Assembly (NCBI GenBank): GCA_030295235.1 | Contig: AP026157.1 | Location: forward strand, 1 to 64,000 | Direction: 5' to 3' | DNA length: 64,000 bases | Source: Fistulifera solaris | Taxonomy: Eukaryota | In this document: piece after piece, positions 26,081 through 39,164 of the stretch | How the letters are laid out: each line of letters begins with the position of its first letter | Numbering within the stretch: position 1 is the stretch's first letter | The notes under the pieces: model-generated | Told to the model about the DNA's origin: nothing | The model's database searches: none | What the model saw: only the letters and a program-made list of their open reading frames with translations | Position numbers and translations under genes: made by a program

Positions 26081-26315
26081 TGAGTCTTCTCGAGGTCGCA
26101 GCGCAAGTGTCGTCGTGCAAGCAGCATTTTCATTGCTATGAAAGTTATGTATATCGTTGCCTTTTGTTTCTCAACATCAGTAGACTAATCTTGTTTGACA
26201 GCATTATTGAGTATTTATTGTAAAGCAACCTTCACAGATACCTTCTGACAGTGCCACCATAGCGACAGGCGATACCGTAGAACGTTCTTTCCTGACGCTT
26301 GTCCGTCGACAATGT

Positions 26316-27062
26316 TCACATGCTTTGTGTTGCAGTGATTGCCTGATTCAAAACTTTGGTAGTGAATTTGTGCTTTTCTTTCTCTTCCGCAAATGATCTG
26401 CGGCGTACGGGCTTTTTAGGGGCCTGACCTCGTGCTGTTTCCGGCCTTGAGATTGTTTCTCTTGAAAGATGCAACGAACCATCCGAACATTCGTCGGAAG
26501 AAGAAGATGTTAATTGAGCGAGAGGGCGAGGAGAAGAAGCAGAGAGGAAGCTGGCGGCAGAGGTGGACTTGGAAGTCCATCGACATAAGCTGGAGTGACT
26601 GCTGGAAAGGGAGGCATTGCAACTATTTTTGGATATACCGTGGGGTTGAAGGTATGAATGCAACGAGGAAGAGCCAATTGGTTCTTTTGTCGAGGTATTG
26701 GGGAGTTCTTTAGGACAGGGATATAAATCAGATAATGAACGATTCGGTGACGCACAGTTTCTTAAATGAAGTGCAAGGCTTTCCAATAGCGGTGCATCTG
26801 TTTCTGGACTCTGATCTCTGTGACAACCCTGTGGCTGTGGAGAAGGTGAGCGTATACGACGCCTTATTCGCCCCGGAGACTTGGGAGCCGTGCTTAACGG
26901 CATCTCCCATCGTGACGACGGGGGTGAATTGCCGGTTTGTCGTCTACGCTGTCGAACAACTCGTTCAGAGCAAGAATAAGCGGGCCGATGCGCATTGTCG
27001 TTTACGATAGTGACCTCTCTTCCTCCTAAAAGTTGATTGAGGAGAAGGTGCTGTGTCGACAT
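26316..27062 (-). CDS. Hypothetical Ser/Arg-rich, probably disordered protein
   Basis: ~248-aa ORF with VTIVNDNA, SRW and P.KPVRRRS motifs that I associate with diatom hypothetical proteins; no domain recognised. Confidence 0.55.
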   Translation of the reverse strand: MSTQHLLLNQLLGGREVTIVNDNAHRPAYSCSERVVRQRRRQTGNSPPSSRWEMPLSTAPKSPGRIRRRIRSPSPQPQGCHRDQSPETDAPLLESLALHLRNCASPNRSLSDLYPCPKELPNTSTKEPIGSSSLHSYLQPHGISKNSCNASLSSSHSSLCRWTSKSTSAASFLSASSPRPLAQLTSSSSDECSDGSLHLSRETISRPETARGQAPKKPVRRRSFAEEKEKHKFTTKVLNQAITATQSM

Positions 27063-28290
27063 CTTTCGCAATAAGCAGTCGCTCTAATTTGTGGCTCGGA
27101 TGGGCGATTTTCTAGAAAGTTTGTGCGGCGAAATTATTCACTTGTGAGTGCGGGTCGATGGTCGATGGTCGATGTCCTTCCAAACGCGCCAACGGCAGGC
27201 GGCAGTACTTTGAAAATAATGGAATATGAGAATTGGTGTGACTGAATTGACACTGGTAACATTGTTAGTCGACGAAAGTAGTGAAGAATAAGGAATGCGG
27301 CGTTCCAAGCGCATGGCATTCGTATCGACAGTCGACAGTAGGGAAACGCCGACGCCGTAAATAATCGACAAGCTAAGGCTTAAATGAAAGAAATAATGCC
27401 GGATGCATTTCTTTCGTTGTTCAAGCTGACGATCTTTCTACAAGATTCACAAGATTCACAGGCAAGAAACAGGCGATTGGCGACATTAAACAAGCGACAA
27501 CAAACTCCCCACAATGATTCACACATTGCTAAGGTTCGATAATGCGGTAGGTAATATGTTTCGTCATAATCACAACACTTCACATCATAGTCGATTTCTA
27601 GCTTGACACCAAGACGCCAAAGCAAGCATCTAGCATCTAGCAGCTTCCATTTCCCATCTCCCTATCGCGCCGAGCGCTGACCGCTGACCCACCGACCGCC
27701 GACTGGATAAGGATGAGAAATGAGAAGGGGCAGCTTTAGGCATGATATTGCAGGCATTCACACATCATTACCGTTTCCTTGCCTTTCTCCGTGTTGTGTA
27801 AGCCTCGAGATACATGTCTGTCTTCTCTCCCATGCCCTGTCAAACGTCAAACATGACACATGACACATGACACATCATTATTTATGTTTTTAGTTGTGCT
27901 TTCTCCTTTCTCGTCTTTGCTATCTTTTTACCGATGCAGGGCAATTATCTTTACGCGCGTTATAACAATTTTCCCGGGTTTTTGATTATTTTGGAACTGG
28001 GTTTTACTTTTTACTATGACCTAGGACTATAGCCAAACGGTATTCAAGTGACGTAGAATGAATGATAGGAATGACTGTGATTCCCGGATCACAGGGTGAC
28101 GTCAGACGGATGAAGACATCGACGTTTTATTGCAAAAAGTTTTTCTTTGTTTCTCGGCTTTTCTCTCGTTTCTCCACCTCATCTCTTCCATTCGTTTTGT
28201 GAAGGAATAGACGAATGTGAAACAGCACAATTAATCGCAGCAGTCAATCTGGATTATGGTGTCATGAAACATCATAACGAGTAGATCATC

Positions 28291-29673
28291 ATGATAGTTT
28301 CGAAAATAAAGACGATGTCGCTTCAATCGACGCTTGTGGAGACGACAACCACACTGCTCTGGAGCTGTTTCCTTCTTTTGGATCTTTGCCTTTACCTGCC
28401 GTACCAGTTGCTTCGATTCATCGCTCGTCCTCGCGTTACGAAAGAACTTTCTTTGAAAACAGTCGTTATTGCAGGTGCTTCCTTTGCTGGCCTTGCGGCA
28501 TGGAGAGAGCTACGGCACTTTAATCAGCGTCACGGCACTCATTTCCGTATCCTTTTGCTCGATCAAAAAGATTATTTTGAATACGTCCCCGGTGTATTAC
28601 GACTATTCTGTCAGCCGCATCTGTTTCGCAAGCTTGCCAAGACGTTGAGTTTTCATGAGGGGTTCGTTCAAGGTCGCGTGATGACTCTATCATCTTCGCA
28701 CGTCACGTACATGACATCGCCCAGCGTTCGAAAAACGATTCCGTTTGATTACCTCATCTTGGCGACTGGGTCGTCTTACAGCTATCCAATCACTGCGTCT
28801 CCGATATCAGGAACAACACTACCGGCGAGAGCTGCTGGATGGCAACAAGCAGCGGAGCGAGTACGCTTAGCGTCTTCAATCCTTATTCTAGGAGGAGGCG
28901 CCGTCGGAACAGAGCTTGCCGCGGAAATTGTCGATCACTTTCCAAACAGCAAGTCTGTTACACTGGTAGAAGGGACATCTACATTACTGTCCCTTTTTCC
29001 TCGTTCGACGTCGTCGTATGCCGAAAGATGGCTTCGTCATCGCGGAGTGCAACTGATGTTAGGACGTAAACTGCAATCCTGGGACGATACAAGTTGCTGT
29101 TTGGAAGATGGAACCGTGTTACGTGCCGATTGCGTATTTGTTTGTTTTGGTGGTACACCCAACTCGATTATGATGATTAAGTCGCAGAATGGTATTGATT
29201 CCAGAGCGAAGTCTGACGCGGTGGCGAAGAAGAGTCAGTGCGTTCCAGTCGATGCGTATTTGCGAGCTTCTACTTCGAATGTGTTTTGCTGTGGTGATGT
29301 CGCCAGCCCACCGACAGAAGGGCTCAAACAAGCATTTCACGCGGAAGCCATGGGGCATCTCGCCGCCGAAAACGTGATTCGATTGTGCACAGGTCAATTT
29401 CCATTGCATCGATATCCGGAAGATCTCACGGGCGGGGTGAACAAGATGCCATTTGTGACTGTCTTGAGTTTAGGACGATACGATGGAGTAATAGGCTTTA
29501 ACTCGTTGACAATACCGGGTCCTCTTTCCGCCGTTCTTAAATGGATAATCGAATGGACAAAGATTGAGCAAATGCAAGGAAAGCCTCTCGGAAACTTGAT
29601 CTGGCTCGTTGGAGATACTGTGGCGTATTTCATATCAGGAAATCTACTGAGACCCTTGTCAAGAACGGATTGA
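28291..29673 (+). CDS. FAD-dependent pyridine nucleotide-disulphide oxidoreductase (AIFM2/AMID/FSP1-like)
   Basis: Intact 460 aa; VVIAGASFAG, FDYLILATGS, ILILGGGAVGTELA, NVFCCGDV; N-terminal hydrophobic segment. Confidence 0.88.
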   Translation: MIVSKIKTMSLQSTLVETTTTLLWSCFLLLDLCLYLPYQLLRFIARPRVTKELSLKTVVIAGASFAGLAAWRELRHFNQRHGTHFRILLLDQKDYFEYVPGVLRLFCQPHLFRKLAKTLSFHEGFVQGRVMTLSSSHVTYMTSPSVRKTIPFDYLILATGSSYSYPITASPISGTTLPARAAGWQQAAERVRLASSILILGGGAVGTELAAEIVDHFPNSKSVTLVEGTSTLLSLFPRSTSSYAERWLRHRGVQLMLGRKLQSWDDTSCCLEDGTVLRADCVFVCFGGTPNSIMMIKSQNGIDSRAKSDAVAKKSQCVPVDAYLRASTSNVFCCGDVASPPTEGLKQAFHAEAMGHLAAENVIRLCTGQFPLHRYPEDLTGGVNKMPFVTVLSLGRYDGVIGFNSLTIPGPLSAVLKWIIEWTKIEQMQGKPLGNLIWLVGDTVAYFISGNLLRPLSRTD

Positions 29674-30458
29674 TCATGGGCTGTGAATCAACCACCGAAG
29701 GACGAACATAGTTTTCGGCCATAATGTAAGTATTTAAGCTTTCTCTGTTTTCTTAGCGATGGTTGGCAATTGTGCCTTATCTACGAACTGATAGGTTAGT
29801 TTCAGTTAAAGCATCAATTTGGTGTAACTGTAACTAGTCATGTCTGAGTGCATGCGGTGGATGTTGCCCATCAGTCGCTCAAAGTTCATAGTTTAACGTC
29901 ACTTGTCGCTTTACGTCAATTTGCTACCGGTAGCAGTAGATCTGATAAATCTAAAGGCTAAAAGGGACTATTTACCAGCAAGCTGACTGTTGAAGGCTGA
30001 CGACAACAGCATATAGACTATAGACTAGCGCAACTCTTTTCTCTTCTGTTTTAGATCTCTCTAGCTAGCTCCCTTTAAAAAAAACTGCGCTAGCTTTCTG
30101 AGGTTGCAACTTTGACCTTTGACTTTTACTTTGTTAACGCTTTTCATTTTTGTAGCTTTTTCTTTGCTTACTGCTCAGTGGAGAGTGGAGAGACTAGAGA
30201 AGACTCTAGACTCTAGAGACTCTAGATTTTCGTCGAAAGAGTGGCTGTCTTTTGGCGTCAATTGTAAAGCTTTCATGTTCCGCTGCCTAAATCTCAGAGC
30301 TTCCAAGAACAACGGCGCCCATCGTCGAAGTTCGCGCGGGGGCATTTTGATTTCTGAAATACCGAAAGTGTGAGATATTAAGTCATAGAGTAGTGTCCAA
30401 ATCTAAAAAGGCTTTCATTAGTAGAACGAAGAGAACAAGTGAAAATTGATGTGAGAAG

Positions 30459-30815
30459 TAGTGTTCGGTCTCATGCTTTCAACCAGATCCGAGATGAGAG
30501 TCGAGAATTGCACTTTCCAACTCATGAGACTCTCGAGAATCTCGAGAATTGGAGATTTTGTCGGAAACGAATTACTATAGGATATTGAGTACTAAGTTTC
30601 AGTCACGGTTAGTTGTGGATCGCGAGACTGACTCCTTCGTAGGAAATACACGTGAGAATTGGTCGATCGACGGCCAGAATCCTTGTATTTTGTACGGGTG
30701 ACGGCCAGACACTCTCATCTCATGAATTTTATCGAGAATCATGAGAATTGAGAGTGAAAATTCAAAATTCGATTCTCGAGACTCTCGAGAACTGCCCTCT
30801 CGAGACCAACCACTA
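30459..30815. mobile_element. hAT-type MITE (357 bp)
   Basis: TIRs TAGTGTTCGGTCTC and GAGACCAACCACTA (12/14 match); 8-bp TSD GTGAGAAG at 30451-30458 and 30816-30823; many subterminal CTCGAGA, CATGAGA and GAGAAT repeats. Confidence 0.8.
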
Positions 30816-31774
30816 GTGAGAAGTGAGAAGGTGATCGTTCGGCATTTTCCGACGCCGTAATAACATTGGAAGTAGTATGATAGACTATTGTACTTCGCTG
30901 GTATCCTACGACGTCTTAGGCCTCGACGTTAGATGTCGTGTGAAACTCTTCGTTCTCTCACGAAAGTACAGAACTGTGTGTCTACTTTTATCGTTTGTCG
31001 CGTTTCGCGTTTCGCGCACCGGTGTTTGACATCTCGTGTCGGGCACGCGAGAAGAAACAGTATTAAGCCCTACATTTTCTATCAACCTGTAAAAACAGTA
31101 ACTTATTTTGAGTACATTCTAAAATCACTGTATTGCGGATGGCGGCGATCTGTGAGCGGAAATAGGGACTGATTGTTGACAGCGCAGAGGGAAGAATGTA
31201 GCGAACACGGTTTACATTCCCACTTGTCTTTATGACTGTTCTGAAAAATATCAAGACTAAAGGCCCAAAGCCAATTGCCTTCTTCAATAAAGTGTCAACG
31301 AAACATGGGCGCCATGGTTTAACAATCTTATCTACATTCGTAATCGCACTCTTCAAAATGATGTTCTTATCTCGGACCGTTTTCAAAGTTACAGTGGTAA
31401 ATCCTTTGCCCAACGGCGATCTTTTAGCTCCTCGAAGCTTTCCGCTGACGATTGTTGTAAATCATCAACAATCCGTGACACAATAAAGTATACAGTAGAC
31501 GGTACGCGCGATATTCTGTTTGGTCTTTGGCCTTCGGAAATGCGTATTGATCCGCGCGTGGGCGCATTTTGTGTGGCCTTGATTGTTCGGGTCAGCGACC
31601 AGCGAGACATCCTCTGTCTTCCGGTCTCGAATAACCACCTCGCCGACGAGCGCTTCTAATGTAGAAACCTCCAAGACCATTTATCGGAGTTTTCACCTTT
31701 ATTGTCATTATTATTGAGCCTTTTCCTTCGCTCTGACGCGAGACAATCATTATTTCCTCTCTTTACTCTTCATC

Positions 31775-32443
31775 ATGGATCGCAATCGACAAGAACTGAG
31801 CGCAAACACGCCGGCTATGATCGAGGAATCGAACGAAATTTACTACAGGGAACTCGCGCAAAATGCGCTTCTTCGTTATCGAAAGCAACTCGAGACGCAG
31901 CGCCTGCAGTGCCAAGAAAAACATCGGGTTTCTATCGTTAGTCAGTCGTCGCTGCTTCCGGAAGCCAAATCGTTGAAAGAAGATGACGATGAAGACGACT
32001 CCCTCGAGTCCTTCGATGAGCAAGACGACTCTCCCGATGCCATCCGTCCTCTCAAGTCGGACGTCCTCTTCGGGCGTCGCCGATCGTACCGATTGCATCC
32101 AGGGAATGTTCATCTACGACGTCTCTGCGATGATCACTTGAGTCTTTTCGAGTCGCTCGCCAAGGGCGGCAAAAACGAACTCACCAAGGTCATCCTCGAT
32201 CGCATTCTACGTGAAGGAGGCCGCTTCATCAAGTACGACACAAAGTCGAAGCGCTGGCTGAATGTAACAACGGAAGAAGCCCGTGTGAAAATCGCCCATC
32301 GCTTTCGAGACGCGCGTACCAGCCGGGATGTGGCGAAGAAGCCCAAGAAAGAGAGTTTGAAGGCCATGGGGAGCAAAAGATCGCAGTCCCTTCGTATCAT
32401 GTTTCTCCTGTGCCGAGGTTCTCTCATCCCCCGCACGCTCTAG
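31775..32443 (+). CDS. DUF6824-domain protein
   Basis: DVLFGR..HPGN..LR.L..K..I..I..GGRF.K..W..AR.KI.H.FRD pattern; C-terminus may be frameshifted. Confidence 0.8.
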   Translation: MDRNRQELSANTPAMIEESNEIYYRELAQNALLRYRKQLETQRLQCQEKHRVSIVSQSSLLPEAKSLKEDDDEDDSLESFDEQDDSPDAIRPLKSDVLFGRRRSYRLHPGNVHLRRLCDDHLSLFESLAKGGKNELTKVILDRILREGGRFIKYDTKSKRWLNVTTEEARVKIAHRFRDARTSRDVAKKPKKESLKAMGSKRSQSLRIMFLLCRGSLIPRTL

Positions 32444-33533
32444 AGGCTTTGCAAACATTGATGTACAGAAGATAACAGTGAACTATGAATAAGTAGAATT
32501 TAAGTAATGTGGTGTTTTTATAGGAAAAGAGGAACCATAGCTGCAGTGACTCTTTCTCCTTGTAAAGACTAGACCGACAGAGCGCGGGTGTGATTACGAG
32601 CAAGCTTATAGCCACCGCTATAACTCACTTAACTTCCATGTTGGTTTAGCCTAGAGAATAGTCTAGTCAAGTCTAGCTCGCTAGGAAGATGACTGGTGAT
32701 GGTTGATGGTGTGTCTCTTGTTACCTCGCGCGTAAAAAGCGGGCTGATGGTGCATCCGAGCCTCTCATCTGCTCTCATACCAGGTACTGTAATTAAGGCC
32801 TGTCAGCTAATTACTGTGAAATAAAAAGTAGACCGTTGACATTATTTTCGTCCGGAAGTTGGTCCAATCAGAATTTCAGAATTATGGGATCCGAACTCGC
32901 GTCTTGCGTCATGGTTTAATGAGTCACAGACCCAGTCACGAGCGAGCAACCAAGCACCATCTTACCTTTCTTTGTGATAGAGAATTTGATTAATGAACTG
33001 ATATTAGAGTGGAAATCTAATCAGTTACTGTATCATCCTCGCTTCGCAATCACTTACTTTACGTCGACGACCCTTTCGAATTAATTCCTTCATCTTTCTA
33101 TGGACCAGAGTGTATACGACATTTTTCGGGACTGACTGAACCTCAGTCACGAAGCATGATTGTTTCTAGCCAATACCCTCCGTTCCTTGTGAGAGCTGCA
33201 TTATTCTTTGGTCTCTATGCAGATCAGATTAACAGCTTTCGACGTCGATCACCCTTTCGAGCAGTAAAGCTCTTGAGTAAAGCATCGTGAGACAAGCGTT
33301 GAGCGTTAGACGGTTTTGAGTGCCGCCTCAACGGACAGGACCCACTCTCTACAGAGTACAGAGCTACTTCACAGCTATGAAGTTTAAAGAAAAGAGGAGA
33401 AGGGACCTCGCGAGCTCGCGACGTCAGCGACGTTTTCGATCGTTCGCGGAAAAATTTTATGCATTCTCAAAAAAAAACAAACGACACAATCCTTTTTCTT
33501 GCATTTACACGAACATATAATTAGCAATAAAGA

Positions 33534-34860
33534 ATGCCCAATCCGTTCTCAAAAGCCTTGTCGAACCCTTTTTCACACAACAAAATGCCGACCGAACCTC
33601 CGAAAAAGTACGTGAAAATCAATGGCGTCATGAAATTGAACCCCGAATACAAAAGTGGAAGGAAGCGCAAGACGGCGGAAAGCCCGCTACAACGGTAGCG
33701 AATCCTTCGCAAGCACTTCCGGTTGTTACCAATATGGAAGACCACGAGGCTTTGAATGATGCTTCGCTCGCGGCCGGAGGCAACGAAATTCCGCTGTCGG
33801 AATCGACCAACGAGACCATTTTGATGATGCAAGAGCCCGAAATATCCGTCGAAGCCGGCATGCAGCCCGATACAATGGTCGATGAACTCGGAAGTGTTCT
33901 CAACAAGTACGAAGTTCCGATGGGTCTCATGAACAAGCTCATGATGTTGAGTGAGTTTGATGAATTGGAGTTTATGATTGATGATAGCGGCTCGATGCGA
34001 TGCAGTACCGACTCAAAAGACAGTCGTGGGCAAATTCAAACCCGCTGGCAAGAGGCGCAGACGCGTCTCAAGGAAATGATGGAGATTTTGGGTTATTTGC
34101 CGTTTCAGGAAATTTCAATTTGCTTTTTGAATCGGCCGCTTCGTATTTCTTTGAAGCGGAACGGCCGTGATCCGGCGTCCTTTTATCGGACGCTTATCGT
34201 CAAATTGATCAAGCTTTTTTGAATGGACCCAGTGGCACGACTCCATTCTTTGAACGCTTGAAGGAATCATTTGCGCGAAGCAATGGTCGTAGTGTGGCCC
34301 GTTACTTTTTCGGCGACGGTACCCCGAATGGTGGCGCTCAAGCTGCCAAGGGCATTACCGATCTCTTGAAAAACCGCCGGGACCCCGCACAGAACCCCAT
34401 GACTTTCTTGAGCTGCACGAATGAAGACGATCAGGTGGAATGGATGAAAGAGGCCGAGGAGGTTGCTCCCTATTGCTCCGAGTGCGATGACTTTGCCGAC
34501 GAAGCCGCTGAAGTTTTGTTGGATCAAGGTGAAGCCTTGCCCTATACCAAAGGCTTCTACCTTGTCTGTGCTTTAGTTGCTGCTATGAATCCAGAAGACT
34601 TGGACGCCATGGACGAGAGTGTGCCTTTCACCAAGGCGACGCTAGACAATCTGCTGGGCATCGAAAACAGCGAAGAGAATTACAAGGACTATTTTGATTT
34701 GTTTTTGAAAGCCCAAAAGGGCCGCCCCGCCACAAGTCGAGCCGATCAATTGAAAAGAATCAAAATTGGCAACAGATTTATGCCGAGTTTTTGCGGGCGC
34801 CCGTGGCGAACCAAATTCCGGCGGCGCAGTTGAGTCATTGAAAGGCTTTTAAGTTGTGCA
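33534..34860 (+). CDS. VWA-domain protein (several apparent frameshifts)
   Basis: N-terminal KYVKINGVMKLNPEYK joins ORF 33734-34222 (MIDAS-like IDDSGSM, TRW.E, FLNR) and ORF 34219-34833 (P.GTTP, FGDG.P); indels at ~33652, ~34185-34220 and ~34760; 3' end approximate. Confidence 0.75.
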
Positions 34861-35681
34861 TCAATTCATTTGAGTTTCGTGTTAATACATTTTAAAGATT
34901 TCTATTCTATAAATTGATTAGCGTTTTTGCTTCTTCTTTTCATTAGATGCTTGTGGTCGTCCTAGTTTTTCAAGTATTATTAACGTTAAGGGTACTTTCA
35001 TTGGGGTCATAAGTCCAAGGTCATTCGAGGTCATTGGTCATTGGTGGAGGCTACTTTCTAAACTACACTCTTTGTTGTTGTATCAATCCGTCTTACTTAT
35101 GCCTGTCAGAGTGGTTTTGCTCAACTCAACGCAAACCCAGTTGGTGTCGATAGTAACGAGAGGCGTGAGGCGTGTCTGCGGCGTGTGGCAGCGGGCAGCG
35201 CGTTGAGACGATAAACCGTTTTGCGGCGTCGTGTGAAGCTTCTATTTATTTGTTTCCCTTCTTCTTGTCATTATCATCTTTATTTGATTGCAAACAGCAT
35301 TGATATTATTCTAGTTTCAGTTGCTTTGCAGTGATCGCTGAATCTGGAAAACGACGAAACAAACAGGGATTCTTTGATTTTGTTTGCTCTCGCGAAAAGT
35401 GTCACTGCAATACGAAACAGTCTCTGTCCCGTGACTTGTTTATAGAAAGATTTTCTTCTCTATCCAACGTCATTCTTTTACACTCGTTTCACTCAAGCAA
35501 GGGATTTCGTATCTTTTGATTCTTGCTAGCTGGTTCCGACGTTGAGCACAGCTGCATTTGAGAAGAAATAATACAAAGCAGGACGTGTCTTTTTGACGTG
35601 ATAATCTACACATTATTCAACAAGCGCATTCTCGACAGCCTATTCCCTTTTTAGACGCTTCTTGTTTGTACCAGCTAAACG

Positions 35682-37722
35682 ATGACGCGCTTACAAGTAC
35701 ACTTGTCCGCGAGGGACTTGAAAAATCTGGGAGGAATGATGGGAAAATCCGATCCGTTTGCGGTAGTGACGATGCGAGGTGACAATGCGAATAATAAGCC
35801 CGTGGTAGTCGGGCAAACCGATGTGTGAGTTCCTGTCGCGTTGATTGTGTGAAGAAGGAATGAGCGGAAGCGCTGTTTCTAGAATGATGACTTACATTCG
35901 CCCTCTTTTGCCTCTCCTCTTCGCCACAACCCTCTTACTTCTCTCTCTCTCTTCTCCCCCTTTCTAACTACACAGAGTATTCAATAACCTCCATCCCACA
36001 TGGTCTCGTGTCATATTTTTGGAAGGATTCAAATTCGGTGTCCCGTTCTTCATTGAAGTCGGAATCTTTGACTTTGATGCCAGTCAAACGGGAAAATCGG
36101 AACAGGAATTGTCGCGCATGGATGCTCATTCGCAGACGTTGATTACGACCAGTGCCGCGAGTCGAGCGCTCATGCGGGACGGGAAGTTTCCGCACAAAGT
36201 CATGGGTACCGCCTTGTTTGAAGTCGGACAAATCCTGGGGGCCCGTGGCAATGTCGCGAGTAAATCGTTGCAATCGGGGGTGTCGTGTTTGTTCATATTG
36301 AACGGTGCAGCACCGACTCGAGTGATGTCGGTCGGTGTCTTTTGCAATTGCGGGGTCTCAAACTGCACAACACACAAACGTTGGGGAGAACTAGTAGTCC
36401 CTTTTATGAATTGTATCGCAAAGTAGAACGTCCTACGGGTGCGACATGGATTAGTGTGTATCGCTCAAATACGGTACGATCCGACTTGAATCCGTTGTGG
36501 ACCAGTGCGTCGTTGGATTTGGAAGCGACTTGCAACGGAGATTTGCACCGGGCACTGAAACTCATCGTGTGGGATCATCGTCGAACGGGGAAACACAAGG
36601 TCATGGGAGAATGCGAAACGACCATGCGTGGGCTGTTAGAGGCCAAGGTAGAACCGGGCGAACCGAACGAGTTTGGGCTGGAACTGATGAAACACGACAA
36701 AGTCACGGGACAAGTACAAGTTGTGGAAGCGACGCTTTCGGGAATGGTACCACAGGATAGTGGAAGTCAAGACGGTAGTTTGACGAGTCGAGAGAAACGG
36801 CGTCCATCGAATACGAAAAAGGAACGTTCTTCGAGGCCCGAGTTTATTGATTATCTATCGGGAGGTTGTCAAATTAGTCTGGCTGTGGCGATTGATTTCA
36901 CCGCAAGCAATGGAGATCCTCGCAAGCCTGGTACGCCGCATTACTTTCACCCTCCCGAATCGAAAGAATGGAATGATTATGAAAAAGCCATCTTTGCCGT
37001 AGGATCCATCTTGGCCAAGTATGATTCCGACCAGCAATTCCCCGTTTGGGGATTCGGAGCAAAATACAATGATGTGGTACGGCATTGCTTCCAGTGTGGT
37101 CTCGAAGTAGAGGTAGATGGTGTGCAAGGGATTATGGATGCCTATCGTGGAGTGTTTCGAACACCACTCACCATGAGCTATCCGACGAAGTTCACCGAGG
37201 TCATTCAAACCGCAGCAGCGTATGCACGACATGAACAGGTACGTTTTTGATTCTCACTTGCTTGTTAAGTAATGATACGAGTCTCATTTTCTTTGCGTCT
37301 TTATGACTACAGGAAATGGCGCAGGAAGAGGGAAAGCAGTCGTATACGATACTTCTCATCTTGACAGCGGGAAATCTCGAAAATGCCGAGGAAACAAAAC
37401 GACAGCTGATTGAAGCTAGCGATGATCCCCTTTCTGTTGTCATTGTCGGTATCGGCGATGCCGATTTTGGGCCCATGGAATTTTTAGATGAGCACGATCC
37501 CAACACCGAAGAAGGCCGTGATATTACAAAGTTTGTTCGATTCAGTGACTACAAGAGCTTTAATGCGCTAACTGAAGCCGTGTTGGACGAAATTCCCGAG
37601 CAATTGGTCCAATATTTCACGGATCGCAAGATCATGCCCGGTTTGTTGGAAGATTATGATGCTGATAAAATTGAAGTCGCCCCGGCCGACGACGATGAGC
37701 GTACATTTACCTTTTGGGCTAA
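35682..37722 (+). CDS. Copine (C2-C2-VWA)
   Basis: GKSDPFAVV, NNLHPTW, AIDFTASNGDP, YDSDQQFPVWGFGA, LSVVIVGIGDADF..M..LD, RDI..FV.F, L.EIP.QL; introns ~35825-35975 and 37240-37312; frameshifts at ~36280 and ~37713. Confidence 0.92.
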
Positions 37723-37974
37723 ATCGAATAAGAAACGTAGAGATGGCAGAACTGAGCCCACGGATGCATGTGATTCTGTAAAACTGGCTGTTAGTGAATG
37801 TCTATGTTACTGTATTTTTGTTTGTACTCTGTTTCTTGTCACGATGCTACAAAAACGGAATTCTAAGCTAGTTATTTGTTCCTTGACAACTCCAATGTAG
37901 TTTTTCCTTCGTGATGCCGTATCATATTATGAAGCTCCACACAACACCGATACCTCTCTGTACCGACACTGCTG

Positions 37975-39164
37975 CTATCTTATTTCGGGCAACTCAAACG
38001 AAGATGAGTCACGCAACTGCAGATCATCATAAAGCTCATCTTGACTGGAAGGCACGGGTTGCCGACCCGCGTAGTTGGCCAATTGTCGTTTTTGCTGCAA
38101 CCACATCCACACGTTCATCATCACAAACACTACTCCCACTGCCGGAAGCACTATTGTCAATATTCGTTTCGGCGTGTTCGATGTCGTAGACGGGGTACTG
38201 TCGATGACGACGCCGGTGCCGTGTCCTCTTTTTCATTATTCGACGACGGCTCTTCATCGGGTTGATACGGCTTTTTATGCGCCGCGCGCTTCATTTCGAC
38301 GTAATCTCGATTGTTGGGATTTTGTTGATTGTACTGCAGGACGACGGCTTGTGCGGCTTCTTGCAAACGATGTTGGACACCGGTCTTCATCCCCGGCGGA
38401 GCGTACCGCAAATGCGTGACGGCTGGATACCCCACCGGTGTCAAGGTCGCATAAATGGTACACGCCACCAGGAAACTCCCCAAAACACTCGGATGAATCG
38501 TATCCGGATCATAGAGCGCGACAAAATCGGTCCCATTCGCTGTCGGATCTTGTCCATTGGGACAACAATGATCGTGAATGTACTGAAAGGCCAATCCTGC
38601 GGGTACAATGGGCACCGGTCGTTCCGGTGTACTGATCGCTTGTTGCATTCGTTCGTATCCTTCTTGTACCTTGTGTTGCATTTGTTCAAAATTCGGAAAC
38701 AAATCGGGATAATACGGATCCATTCCGACGCGGGCCCAAGTCATTAAAAGAACAGTCTCCGAATGAGCTTCCCGAATCCACGCATCGAGTGTTTCAAGAC
38801 TTTGGAGACTCAAATCGAGCGTCGGTTCCCAATAGGTTCCTCCAAAGGCAGGAATTTCCGACTGTTCTTGCAACAGAACCCAATCCCACGTCCTTTCCAA
38901 CATCATTTGCTGTAACGCCGATTCTTTGACATGTTCCGCAAACCGACTGGATCCTTGATCAAAGCGCATTGCATAAATTTGTTTATGTGGATCGCCTTCT
39001 TGTAACATTTGTTCGACCATGAATTCCAATTGATTCATATCAATGAACGAATTTCCGACCATGAGCAAACTCGTTGTTGTTGCCGATTCAGCAGTCGACG
39101 GTGTTGTGAATTGTAAGAATGATAGGAGGAAGAGGAAGAGTTGCAAGGAAGGAAGTAGCAACAT
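37975..39164 (-). CDS. Membrane-anchored SGNH-hydrolase-like (DUF4886-like) protein
   Basis: Signal peptide; LMVGNSF, WDWVLLQEQS, LLMTWAR, D.IHPS..GS.L.AC; C-terminal TM in ORF 37975-38160 after a frameshift at ~38190. Confidence 0.75.
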
